A stretch of DNA of 64,000 nucleotides. Origin: an uncultured Gemmatimonadales bacterium (GTDB lineage: Bacteria; Gemmatimonadota; Gemmatimonadetes; Gemmatimonadales; Gemmatimonadaceae). The first letter of the stretch is position 1. Each line of letters opens with the position of its first letter. The translations under genes were made by a program, and so were the position numbers. The notes beneath the pieces are model-generated. The model had not been told where the DNA came from, did no database searches, and saw nothing but the letters and a program-made list of their open reading frames with translations. Positions 53,211-62,844 of the stretch are shown here, one piece after another. The stretch is taken from NCBI GenBank assembly GCA_963701965.1, contig OY969695.1:1728001-1792000 (forward strand), in the 5' to 3' direction.

Positions 53211-53681
53211 ATGACCGACGCACACGTGCCTTCGTTGTTCGAATGGGCGGGCGGCACACCCGCCATTGAGCAGTTGACCGCTCGCTTCTACGACAACGTC
53301 AAGCGCAATGCCATCCTGGCGCCCATCTTCGCGCACATGGACGCGCACCACCCGCATTTCGTGGCCCAGTTCATCGCCGAGGTGCTCGGTGGACCGGCCG
53401 CGTACAGCGCCGAGCGCGGTGGTCACCCGCACATGATCCGCCAACATCTCGATCGCCATCTGACCGAGGCCCAACGTCGCGCGTGGGTGAATCTCCTGCT
53501 GGACACCGCCGACGAAGTGGGTCTACCGGCCGACCCGGAGTTCCGGTCGGCGTTGGTGGCCTACCTGGAGTGGGGCTCGCGGTTGGCCGTGATCAATTCC
53601 CAGCCCGGAGCGTCGGCCGTGCCTGGCGCGCCCATGCCGAGCTGGAGTTGGGGTGTTCCGGGCGGCCCGTATCGCGGCTAG
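53211..53681 (+). CDS. Group II truncated hemoglobin
   Basis: LFEWAGG, FY..V, LGGP..YS, H, W..L; 2/2 globin pattern. Confidence 0.9.
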   Translation: MTDAHVPSLFEWAGGTPAIEQLTARFYDNVKRNAILAPIFAHMDAHHPHFVAQFIAEVLGGPAAYSAERGGHPHMIRQHLDRHLTEAQRRAWVNLLLDTADEVGLPADPEFRSALVAYLEWGSRLAVINSQPGASAVPGAPMPSWSWGVPGGPYRG

Positions 53682-53727
53682 TGCGCGGCGACACGTGCCA
53701 GGCGTCGTTGTCGCGTAAGTTTGCACT

Positions 53728-54393
53728 ATGCGCGACGATCGCGACGCGTGGGTGCGCCGAGGGCTTCGGCTGAACTACGTCACCCTTGCGTACAACGCCG
53801 TAGAGGCAATCGTGGCGCTCATGACGGGGCTACTCTCCGGGAGCGTCGCGCTCGTCGGGTTCGGGTTCGATAGCGTCATCGAGTTAGCGGCCAGCGGAGT
53901 CGCCCAGTGGCGATTGCGCGTGGACATCGAGATTGCCCGACGCGCCCGGGTTGATCGCCTGGCCGCCCGACTCATTGCGTGGTCGTTCCTCGCCCTCGCC
54001 GCCTACGTGAGCTGGGATAGCGTCACCGCACTGCTGGCCCGGGAACGCCCCCAACGCAGCCCGGTCGGCATCGCCATCCTCGCGCTTTCCGTCATCGTGA
54101 TGCCGCTCCTGGCCAGGGCCAAACGCCGGGTCGCCGAGGCGATGGGGAGCAACGCGCTCAGGGGGGAGTCTCACCAAACCGCACTGTGCGCCTATCTATC
54201 GGCTATCGCGCTCGTCGGTGTTGCGCTGAACGCGGTCGCCGGATGGTGGTGGGTCGACCCCGTCGCCGCATGCGTCATGGTTCCGATCATTGCCAAGGAG
54301 GGATTTGATGGGCTTCGCGGCCGCGCATGCTGCGCCGTGGTCACTGCGCCGGCTCGATCGCCTTCCTCAACCCAGCGGGATCGAGAATCCTGA
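53728..54393 (+). CDS. Cation diffusion facilitator-type transporter (TM domain only)
   Basis: YNAVEA, SVALVGFGFDSVIE, QT.LC.YLS, WW.DP. Confidence 0.88.
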   Translation: MRDDRDAWVRRGLRLNYVTLAYNAVEAIVALMTGLLSGSVALVGFGFDSVIELAASGVAQWRLRVDIEIARRARVDRLAARLIAWSFLALAAYVSWDSVTALLARERPQRSPVGIAILALSVIVMPLLARAKRRVAEAMGSNALRGESHQTALCAYLSAIALVGVALNAVAGWWWVDPVAACVMVPIIAKEGFDGLRGRACCAVVTAPARSPSSTQRDRES

Positions 54394-54916
54394 TCCGCCG
54401 CGGGCCATCCGTGGCGATCAAGCCGCGCTGCCGCAACGATCGCAAAACACGCACGACGACCTCACGGACGGTCCCCAGTTCGGCGGCGAGCGCCGCTTGG
54501 GACATGCCGATGTCGACGATGCCCTCGGCGACCTGCGGCCTCGAGATCAGGAGTCCAACCAGCCGGACCTCAGCGGTTTGGACGGCCAGCCGGTCGACGC
54601 GTTCCACGAGGGTGCGTACTCTCCGCGCGAGTCGATCCAACAGCACCCACGCCGTCGCCGGATCCACCGCAATCGCGGCCTCGATCGCGTCCCGCCCGAG
54701 CATCAGGCATTGCGTCGGCACCGTCGCCATGGCCGTGGCGGGAGCGACACCTCCGCTGTAGAACGGCACTTCGCCGAGCGTGCCGCCTGCCCCCTCGGTG
54801 TGCAAGACGTGCCGGCGGCCGCCGCTCTCGCGAATGACGCGTACCTCGCCCGAGATGATGATGACGAGGTGTGCGATGGGGCTACCGGCCGTCCACAACA
54901 TCTCCGCCAGCACCAT
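54341..54916 (-). pseudogene. Crp/Fnr family regulator, apparently 5'-truncated
   Basis: GEVRV, GEVPF, HTH SQAALAAELGTVREVVVR; first helix and strand of the cNMP domain seem missing. Confidence 0.7.
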
Positions 54917-54934
54917 AGTCCCAGACGATGGCCC

Positions 54935-55163
54935 GCCCTTCTCCAACGGCGATTTCTCGACCCCGATGTTCGTGCACATGCGCGACGTCCCGGGCACCGC
55001 CACGATGGCCGCGAAACGCGCCGCCATCGCCTACACCGTCTCGGACTTGCCGCGCGGCGGTGTGGTCCGCATCACCACGCACGATCCCGACGCGCTGGCG
55101 GCGGTGCACCAGTTCCTGGCCTTTCAACGGAGCGACCACCACTCCGGGCAACGCCCGCAGTAA
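54935..55163 (+). pseudogene. C-terminal remnant of a His-tailed hypothetical protein
   Basis: F.NGDFSTPMFVH..VPG..M...LPRGG..RITT.DP.AL.AVH.FL.FQR.DH with no N-terminus or signal peptide. Confidence 0.6.
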
Positions 55164-55247
55164 GAGCCTCGCGGCGCCAGGGATACCTGTACGGTCAGCC
55201 CCCCCGTAACACACTGGCCCCTGCAGCACGGCGGTGTGACCCAACGC

Positions 55248-57644
55248 TCACGTCGACGTGAGGGCCACCACAGGACTCACGCGTGTCGTCCCGAGCGCCG
55301 GCACGCTGGCGGCCCCCAACGCCGCCAGCGCGAACGCGATCACAGCGCCGACGAAGATGTCGGGATCGTGGGGACTGACGCCGACGAAGAGTCCCGCCAG
55401 CACGCGCGCCAGCCACCACGCGGCAACCGACCCGAACATGATGCCCGTGAAGGTCAGGGCGAGGGCGCGCCGCAGGACCGCCCCCAGCACGTGCGATCGA
55501 CTGGCGCCGAGCGCAAGCCGGATACCAATCTCCCGCCGTCTCTGGCGGACGACGTACGTGAGCACGCTATAGATGCCGACCATCCCGAGAACCAGTGCGA
55601 CGATGGCGAACATCGACGCGAGAAAGCTCGAGAATCGTGTCGTCCCCACCGATCGGGCCATCCGCGCCGGCATCGTCTCGATGTCCGAGACCGGGACGGT
55701 ACGATCGAGGCGGAAGATGGCCTGCTTGAGCGCCGCGCCTTGCGCGGCCGGATCCCCTCCGGTGCGCAGGGTGACGGCAACGAAGGGGCTCGGGGACTGC
55801 GCAAACGGCAAATAGAGCTCTGGCTCATCTTGGTTGACGAGTAGCCCGCCCTGCTTGACGGATGCCACGACGCCGACCACTTCCACGGTGTCCGGGGCAT
55901 TCGTGAGCGCCAACCGCTGGCCGACGGGATCCCGGCCGTTGAAGAACCGTCGCGCCAACAGGTCGTCGACGACCGCCACCTTCACCGCTTTCGCATCATC
56001 GGTCGCGAGCACACCCCGTCCGTGGCCGACGACGATGCCCATGGTCCGGAAGTAGTCCGGCGTCACGACGATTTGGGTGGCGACGGGCAGGTGGCTGGGA
56101 TCGACCGCGGGATCACCGACGATGGTAAATCCATTCTTGGACCCGGCGCCGTTTGGCCCGGGCACCAGATCACTGGCACTGGCGACGCGGACTCCGGGGA
56201 GGGCCGCGAGTTGCTCGACCACGCTGCCGACAAACGCGGCCCGTCGCTCCGGTGTCGGATAGCGCTCCGCCGGCAGATTGATCCGCGCCGTCAGCACTCC
56301 TTCCGGCCGGAATCCCGGATCCGTCCGCGCGATCTGGTCGAAGCTCTTGACCAGCAGTCCGGCTCCCGTCAGCAGCACGAGGGCGAGCGCGAGTTGCAGG
56401 ACCACGAGGCCATCCTGCAGCCGTCGATGCTGGACCGAGCTGGTGCCGCCGCCTCCTTCTTTCAAGACGCCGGCCAGATTGCCGCGCGAGGCCCGCCACG
56501 CGGGCAGCACACCGAAGATGAGCACCGTCACCATCGAGGTGAGGGCACAGAAGGCGACGACCCGGCCGTCGATGCCGACGTCGCCGAGTCGCGGAAGCGT
56601 CGGCGGCGCCAGCGCGCGCAAGACTCTGACGCCGGCGCCGGCCACCACGACGCCGAGCGCGCCGGCGCACAGGCCCAGCGTGAGGGCTTCCGCCAACAGC
56701 TCGCGCACCAGTCGGCCGCGCGTTGCGCCCAGCGCCGTGCGGAGCGCGAGCTCGCGGTCGCGCGCGAGGTATCGGACGAGAAAGAGATTGGCCAGATTGG
56801 CGGCGCCGATCAGGAGCACGCAGGCGGCCGCCGAGAGCAGCATGGTGAGTGCGGGTCTGACGTCGCCGACCAGTTGGTCCAGCAGCGGCACTGCCACGAC
56901 GGACCAGCCCTTGTTCGTCTTGGGATACGTCTGGGCCAACCGCGCGGCGATCAGGTCCAGCTCGTGCTGCGCGCCTTTCGGCTCGATGCCCGGCTTCAAG
57001 CGACCCACCACGCGCAGATAGTGTCCCCAGCGGATGACCTCGTCGGCGCTCTTGAAGCTCAGCCGCGTCCACAGTTCCGCCGTCCCGGGAATGCCTGGGG
57101 GCAGTACGCCGACGATCGTATACGGCTGATCGTCGATCGTCAGCGTTTGACCGAGGACGGACGCGGCGCCGCCGAAATGGCGCTGCCAGTACCCGTAACT
57201 CACCACGACTTCCGCGGGGCCGGCGGAGTCCTGGGCCAGGACGCGTCCCAACACCGGCGTGATCCCCAAGGCAGCGAACAGGCTGGGCGTCGCGCCGATG
57301 CCGGACACGCGCTCCGGCTCGTGCGGCCCGGTCACGGTGAAGTCCGTTTGGTAGTTCGCGGCGAGGGTGCTGAATACGCTGTTCTGCGCCCGGTAGTCCA
57401 GGTAGTCCGCTGGCGACACCGAGAACCACGGGAGCCCCATTTCCGGGTTGCTCTCGTAGATCGTGAGGACGCGGTCCGGGCTTCGGAACGGGAATGCCTT
57501 GAGCAGCACGCCATCGACGACGCTGAACACCGACGCCGTCGCGCCGATGGCGATCGCCATCGTCAATGTGGCGGCGATCGTGAACCCCGGACTGCTTCTG
57601 AGCCTACGGAGCGCGTGCCGGAGCTCGCGGATAGCCGTCCTCAC
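55248..57644 (-). CDS. ADOP/MacB-FtsX duplicated ABC permease
   Basis: PGFT...TMAIAIGA, RELALRTALGA, REIGIRLALGA. Confidence 0.93.
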   Translation of the reverse strand: MRTAIRELRHALRRLRSSPGFTIAATLTMAIAIGATASVFSVVDGVLLKAFPFRSPDRVLTIYESNPEMGLPWFSVSPADYLDYRAQNSVFSTLAANYQTDFTVTGPHEPERVSGIGATPSLFAALGITPVLGRVLAQDSAGPAEVVVSYGYWQRHFGGAASVLGQTLTIDDQPYTIVGVLPPGIPGTAELWTRLSFKSADEVIRWGHYLRVVGRLKPGIEPKGAQHELDLIAARLAQTYPKTNKGWSVVAVPLLDQLVGDVRPALTMLLSAAACVLLIGAANLANLFLVRYLARDRELALRTALGATRGRLVRELLAEALTLGLCAGALGVVVAGAGVRVLRALAPPTLPRLGDVGIDGRVVAFCALTSMVTVLIFGVLPAWRASRGNLAGVLKEGGGGTSSVQHRRLQDGLVVLQLALALVLLTGAGLLVKSFDQIARTDPGFRPEGVLTARINLPAERYPTPERRAAFVGSVVEQLAALPGVRVASASDLVPGPNGAGSKNGFTIVGDPAVDPSHLPVATQIVVTPDYFRTMGIVVGHGRGVLATDDAKAVKVAVVDDLLARRFFNGRDPVGQRLALTNAPDTVEVVGVVASVKQGGLLVNQDEPELYLPFAQSPSPFVAVTLRTGGDPAAQGAALKQAIFRLDRTVPVSDIETMPARMARSVGTTRFSSFLASMFAIVALVLGMVGIYSVLTYVVRQRRREIGIRLALGASRSHVLGAVLRRALALTFTGIMFGSVAAWWLARVLAGLFVGVSPHDPDIFVGAVIAFALAALGAASVPALGTTRVSPVVALTST

Positions 57645-57646
57645 GC

Positions 57647-58042
57647 TTAAGTGTCTCCCGACACCGGCTGCCAGAGTTCGATCTTGTTCCCATCCAGATC
57701 GTAGATCCAGGCAAAACGACCATAGGATTCGTCCATGCGCTTGGCGTCGATCTGTACTCCCTCGTGTTTCAAGCGGTCGAGCAACGCATCCAGATCATCC
57801 ACGATGTAGTTGATCATGAACGGGGCGTGGCCGGGATTGAAATAGTCCGTGGAGCTGGGAAAGACACTCCACACCGTCACGTGTTCCGTTTGCGGGTCGT
57901 CGTGGGCGCGCCACGGGAGCATTGCGCCGGAGCCGGTATCCGCGAGCCCCAGATGCTTCGCGTACCATTCGCGCGTCTGATCGCGATGGGCGGATTTGAA
58001 GAAGATCCCGCCAATGCCAAGAATGCGACCGCGCTGCTCCAT
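57647..58042 (-). CDS. VOC/glyoxalase family protein
   Basis: GIGGIFFKS, MINYIVDDL, DLDGNKIELW. Confidence 0.92.
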   Translation of the reverse strand: MEQRGRILGIGGIFFKSAHRDQTREWYAKHLGLADTGSGAMLPWRAHDDPQTEHVTVWSVFPSSTDYFNPGHAPFMINYIVDDLDALLDRLKHEGVQIDAKRMDESYGRFAWIYDLDGNKIELWQPVSGDT

Positions 58043-58226
58043 TGTGTCCACCGGTTTCGACGTTTCGGGCCGGTATAGCCGAACATGCGCCAATATGCAG
58101 ACCGACGGTGTCGAGCGCGAGTCCTAGACGTGACGCGCGCGACACCCTGAGACTATGGACAAATGGTTGGCCCTGGCATGGCGCCTGCAGCTCGACGCGC
58201 TGTCCCCACCATCCGAGGATATCCGC

Positions 58227-59376
58227 GTGTCGTGTCGTGTTCTCGCTCTGGCGAGTGCCGGTTGCGCACTCGCGCTGTGTGCTTGTGCCTCTTCCACTGC
58301 TCCATCGGCGGCGGTTCTACCACGAGAGGAAGTGGCGGCGGCAGCGGCGACCGGCCTTCCGTACATCACGGCGCACACGGCGGCGCTGCCTGGGCTCGAC
58401 GATGCTGCGCTCAGTGTGATCGCGATCAACGACTTTGGGGAGATCGTGGGGACCTTCGCACAGGGTGGACATCAGGCGTTCAAATACCAAACCACGCGCG
58501 GCCTCACCCTATTGCCGCTGACGCCAACCTCGATGCAAACCGTCGCGGGCGCGGTGAACAATCAGGGTCAGATCGCGGTCTCGGGCGTGGGGGTCGAGGG
58601 TGTGGGGAGTAGTGCCGGCATTTGGGATTGGTTTGGCGGGATCACGGCCCTGCGGCCATTGTCGTCGTTCGCCGCCGGGGAGGACTTCTTGTGCGTGCCG
58701 ACCGCCATCAATAGTTCCGGCATCGTCGGTGGGTCGTGTCCCGCTGGCGCTGTGAACAATTACCTCGCCACGATCTGGACAAAGTTCGGCACGCCATGGG
58801 CTTTGCAGACGAAGGCCGGTGATCCAATCGTCATAGGCTCCATCCAGAACGTGCCGTTCATCGTCACCTATACGGACTCGGGCTTCGCGAGCGGACCGTT
58901 GATTGACGGCACAGGCTTCGTGCGCTCCCCGGCCGGCGATATGCGCGTGATCCCCAAGCCGTCGATCACCGGTGGTTCGTTCGTTGTCCAGTCGCTGGCC
59001 GTCAACAACGTCGGCCAGGCGGCGGGCATCGCCACCGCCCGCACGACGGGGGTGTGCACCCGCGCGATCGTGTCGTTGTCCGGGAGCTCGGTCGTCGACT
59101 TGGGTTGTGGCGGGGCGGTCGCCATCGACGACGACGGCATCGTGGTCGGCACGGTGAACAACCAACCCGTGATCTGGACCGCGGCCACCGGCCTTCGCCG
59201 GTTGCCCGGCCTCGAGGGCGGCGCGGCGCAGGATCAGGAGACCGGTCAGGCGGTCGCCATCAATGCGAAGCGGCAGATCATTGGGCAGATCACCATGACG
59301 ACCGGCGTGACGCACAAAGTGCATATGGACGTTGCCGAGCGGGCCGCTGACGGCGACGCTCGCGGTCGCGCATTGA
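58227..59376 (+). CDS. HAF-repeat extracellular lipoprotein, probable frameshift at ~59320
   Basis: Lipobox LCAC; repeats AINDFGEIVG, AVNNQGQIA, AINSSGIVGG, AVNNVGQAAG, AIDDDGIVVG, AINAKRQIIG. Confidence 0.8.
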
Positions 59377-59386
59377 GCCGGGGCGA

Positions 59387-59611
59387 TTGGCCCGCGACAT
59401 TGTGATCGTGGCGGTCCCTCCGGTCCGGATACTCAATGTGTTCGGGCCGGCGGAGGTTTTTGGCGATGCCAACGGTCAGCATGGCGGCGATCCGGCCTAT
59501 CAGGTCACGATCATCTCGGGTGGGCCGGACCGCGTGGTGGCGAGCGAGATTGTCTCGCCATTGCACGCGGATCACACGTACCGGGAGTATCGCGGCCAGC
59601 ATCATGGGTAG
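59387..59611 (+). pseudogene. N-terminal DJ-1 remnant of a GlxA-type AraC regulator
   Basis: IVIVAVP.V.IL.VFGP.EVF..AN...Y.V..IS; runs into the GH15 stop; no HTH domain. Confidence 0.7.
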
Positions 59612-61447
59612 TCGACGCCTGCTGTAGCGAGCTGCGGGGACTCGGCGTCGCTGGTCCGGCGCCGCAGTTTCTCCGTTTCCAGAACGCGGGCGGTGGTCAC
59701 GAGGGCCAGATGCGAGAAGCCTTGCGGGAAGTTGCCGACCTGCCTCGCGAGCCGTGGTTCGTACATTTCCGCGAGCAGCCCGAGGTGGTTGCGCAGTCCG
59801 AGCAGACGATCGTAGAGCGCGACTGCCTCGTCGGTCCGACCGACGAAGGCATAGTTGTCGGCGAGCCAGAAACTGCAGGCGAGGAACGCGCCCTCGCTCC
59901 CGGGGAGCCCATCGACTTGCGCGTCGGTGTCGTACCGACGCACGAAGCCGTCGCGGAGGAGGTGTTGCTCGATCGCCGCCACCGTACCCCGCACGCGCGC
60001 ATCCTGCGCGGGCAGGAACCCGACGTGCGGCATGAGGAGCACGCTCGCGTCGAGGTGCTCGCTGCCGTACGATTGCGTGAACGCGCCGACCCGTGGGTTG
60101 AATCCGCGTTCGCACACCTCTTCGTGAATGCGCTCGCGCAGGACCTGCAGTTCCGGCACGATCTCCCGACCCTCCTCGGCACCGACGCCGAACTCCTCGA
60201 TCAGCCGCACCGCCCGGTCCACGGCCACCCAGGCCATGATCTTCGAATGGGTGAAATGGCGCCGCCCGCCGCGTACTTCCCAGACGCCATCGTCGGGCTG
60301 CTGCCACACGCGCTCCACGTGTCTAATGAGTGTTCGGGCCGGTCGCCACACGTTCGAGGCGGCTTCTTTGAGTCCTAACCGCCGGGCCAGATAGAGGGCG
60401 CTCAACACCTCACCATAGATGTCGAGCTGGAACTGCTCCGCCGCGGCGTTGCCAATGTGCACGGGGCGGGAGCCCTCGTACCCGGGCAACCACTCCAGGT
60501 CCATTCTCCGTGAGCCGGCGTCCCCCGTCAATGTCGTACATGATCTGCGTCTCGGTCGGATCCCCGGCCGTGGTCCGGATGAGCCAATCGCGGAACGCCG
60601 ATGCCTCATCGACGTACCCTCCGAACATGAAGGCGTGGAGCGTCAGCGCCGCGTCGCGCACCCAACAGAACCGGTAGTCCCAGTTGCGGACGCCGCCGAG
60701 CTCCTCGGGCAGCGACGCGGTCGGCGCCGCCACGATGGCGCCGGTCGGCGCGTACGTCAGCGCTTTGAGCGTAAGGAGCGAGCGGACTACGACGTCCCGG
60801 TATCGTCCGGTGTAGGTGCAGCGACTCGCCCACGAGCTCCAGAACGCCGCCGTACGCGCGCGTTCCTTGGCCGCGTCGAGGAGCGGCGGCCCGGGGCGGT
60901 GCAATGGGTACCAGGCGAGCTGAAAGGCGGCCCGTTCGCCCGCCCGCACCGTGAAGTAGGCCAATGCGCGATCACTGGAGACCTGAACGGGGATGGTCGA
61001 GTGCAAGCGTAGAGTGTCGCGTCCCACGGTGAAGGTCACGTCGACCGACCCGTTGCGAATAAAGGGGTGGTTCGCGCCGTAGCCGAACCGCGGCTCGAGT
61101 GTCATTTCCAATCGTACTTCACCCGAGATCCCTTCCACTTGGCGGATGATGTCGGAGCGTTCGTCGCTCGGCGGCATAAAGTCGACCAACCGGACCGTGC
61201 CGCTGTCACAGGTGAATTCCGTCACGAGGACCAGCGTGTCCCCATCGTAGGCTTGTCGGGTTGACCGCACTGTCGTCATCGGTCGCATCGCCCATCGACC
61301 GTGCTCGTCGTACCCGAGGAGCGCGGCAAAGCACGCGTCGGAGTCGAAGCGCGGCATGCACAGCCAGTCGATCGATCCGGTTTTGGAGACGATCGCCGCG
61401 GTCTGGGTATCCGCGATGATGCCGTAGTCTTCGATCTTCGATGCCAT
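59602..61447 (-). CDS. Glycoside hydrolase family 15 (trehalase/glucoamylase-like), frameshift at ~60504
   Basis: IDWLC.PRFDS, SLPEELGGVRNWDYR, QLDIYGE, GVWEVR, EGAF..CSFW, GNFPQGFSH. Confidence 0.92.
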
Positions 61448-61570
61448 GATGCTCCTCCGCCGCGCCAAGTCTCAATTAGAAAAATCGGAGGCGCGGGCGC
61501 CACGACACCAAGGTCTACTAGTGCCTCAAGGCAGCTCGCACGGCCCGGGCGGTACGCGCGTCAGGTCGAG

Positions 61571-61687
61571 GTCCTCGCCGACCACGTCAGGAGCCTCGAC
61601 TGACCCGCCCGGCGCGCGGACTGCGTCGCTGCGACCCCGGCGGCGACCGTCGCCGAGGTTCTGGCGAAGCTCGGTACCCTGATCGGC
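61571..61687 (+). pseudogene. mazF: C-terminal remnant of a MazF/PemK toxin
   Basis: VLADHVRSLD*PARRA...VAEVLAKLGTLIG resembles the MazF C-terminus (LADQVKSIAWRARG...IKAKINVLIG); conserved Trp is TGA. Confidence 0.7.
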
Positions 61688-61884
61688 CGTGCGCAAACGC
61701 CGCACCGGTGGGCCTCCAACACCGGGCCGAAACGCGGCGCCGCGGAGATATCCGTTTTCTGTCATCGCACTATTGAGGCAATCGGTGTGAATGCATCGAC
61801 ATTCGCCCCGATGGGCGGTATATGATGTCGGTGTCGAGGTCATCACCGATCCTGTCGCCCACGGAGACGAAAGTCATGCGCCGA

Positions 61885-62158
61885 ATGAAGGTTCCTGCGT
61901 GCTTCGGATGTGCACGCATCCTGTTCCTTCTGGCTTCGGCCACCTCCGCGGCTCCCGCTTCAGGACAGGGGACCTGGTATCAATGCAGGTCTTGGGGCGA
62001 GAACGGGACCCATACGACCATGTTGTACGTCACGCCGTATAACGTTTGCTCCGACGGCCGGAGGGCTCCAGGCCGCGCAAACCTTCAAACAATCATTGGA
62101 AGATAAAGCCAAGCAAGGCAAGAAGCAGATCGTCGAAACCGGCTGGAAAAACCAATAG
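61885..62158 (+). pseudogene. Small secreted hypothetical protein, broken by a deletion or frameshift
   Basis: Signal peptide ...AAPASGQ in one frame; plausible C-terminus KQIVETGWKNQ* in another. Confidence 0.4.
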
Positions 62159-62216
62159 CGGTGGTGCGGCAGCCGGTCGCGGGGTTGAGAGACCGCCGCC
62201 GATTGATTGCACAAGC

Positions 62217-62256
62217 AACGAGGCCAATTCGAAAAGCGCTGGCCTCGTTTTCTTTT
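62217..62256 (+). terminator. Rho-independent terminator-like hairpin
   Basis: AACGAGGCCA-13nt-TGGCCTCGTT followed by TTCTTTT. Confidence 0.55.
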
Positions 62257-62792
62257 GATGTAACGCCACGACGATCTGGCAGTTCACGGCACTCAATGGT
62301 GGCGATTATCAAGTGTAACACGCACACCTGGCTGCTCAACCGAACTACGTCGCAGCTTCGGCGTAACTGACTCGAGGCGTAGAGGAACGACAATGGCGTC
62401 ACCTCATACGAGCACCCCTAAGAACCGCCTTGAGTGCCAGCAGAAACGCCGCGACGCCGGCCGAATCGATCGGCGCGATCACGCTCTCGTTGGCGCGCTC
62501 GAGTTGTTCGACCTCACAGCGGTAGATCCGCGTTGGCGTGACCATCGCCGACGGGAGATTTTGAGGGCGCGCGAGTGCTTTTGCGGCGTGCTCTTCGCGG
62601 AACACCCCGACCCGGTCGATGCGGTGTTCCTCCGGAAGTGCTTTCTGCAGTTCGCGACAGCCGCGCGCCACGCACGCTTGACCGGTAGGCAGAGTCGGCC
62701 CACATAGTCACGGACACACGAAGGCCGGGAAGGCGAGGAAATCCACCAGCGCGGCCTGGGCTAACTACCTGCGGGTTTTGAGGTTGTACGAA

Positions 62793-62831
62793 CGCGCCCG
62801 GAGAGACTCGAACTCACAACCTTTTGATCCG
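62793..62831 (-). mobile_element. 3' half of a tRNA-Arg-like gene (att-site-like remnant)
   Basis: Minus strand CGGATCAAAAGGTTGTGAGTTCGAGTCTCTCCGGGCGCG gives the 3' anticodon stem, T-loop and acceptor strand; no D-arm or 5' half upstream. Confidence 0.7.
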
Positions 62832-62844
62832 AGCTGGCGGCCAA

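Noticed and set aside
5860..60510. About nine single-base frameshifts (LVIVD-A twice, sigma, OPT, iorB, ADOP, TPR, HAF, GH15) as pseudogenes or programmed frameshifting
   Set aside because: Isolated indels in otherwise intact genes from unrelated families, with no slippery motifs or further decay; best explained as long-read consensus errors, pending read checks
61601..61603. TGA read as Trp or Sec (recoding)
   Set aside because: TGA is used as a normal stop throughout the window, and the fragment also lacks its 5' half
62160..62260. Riboswitch upstream of the hairpin
   Set aside because: No recognisable aptamer consensus and no convincing downstream gene; kept only as a terminator-like hairpin
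47450..62400. Integron cassette array explaining the run of single small genes
   Set aside because: Genes lie on both strands, no repeated RYYYAAC...GTTRRRY attC structures were seen, and there is no integrase
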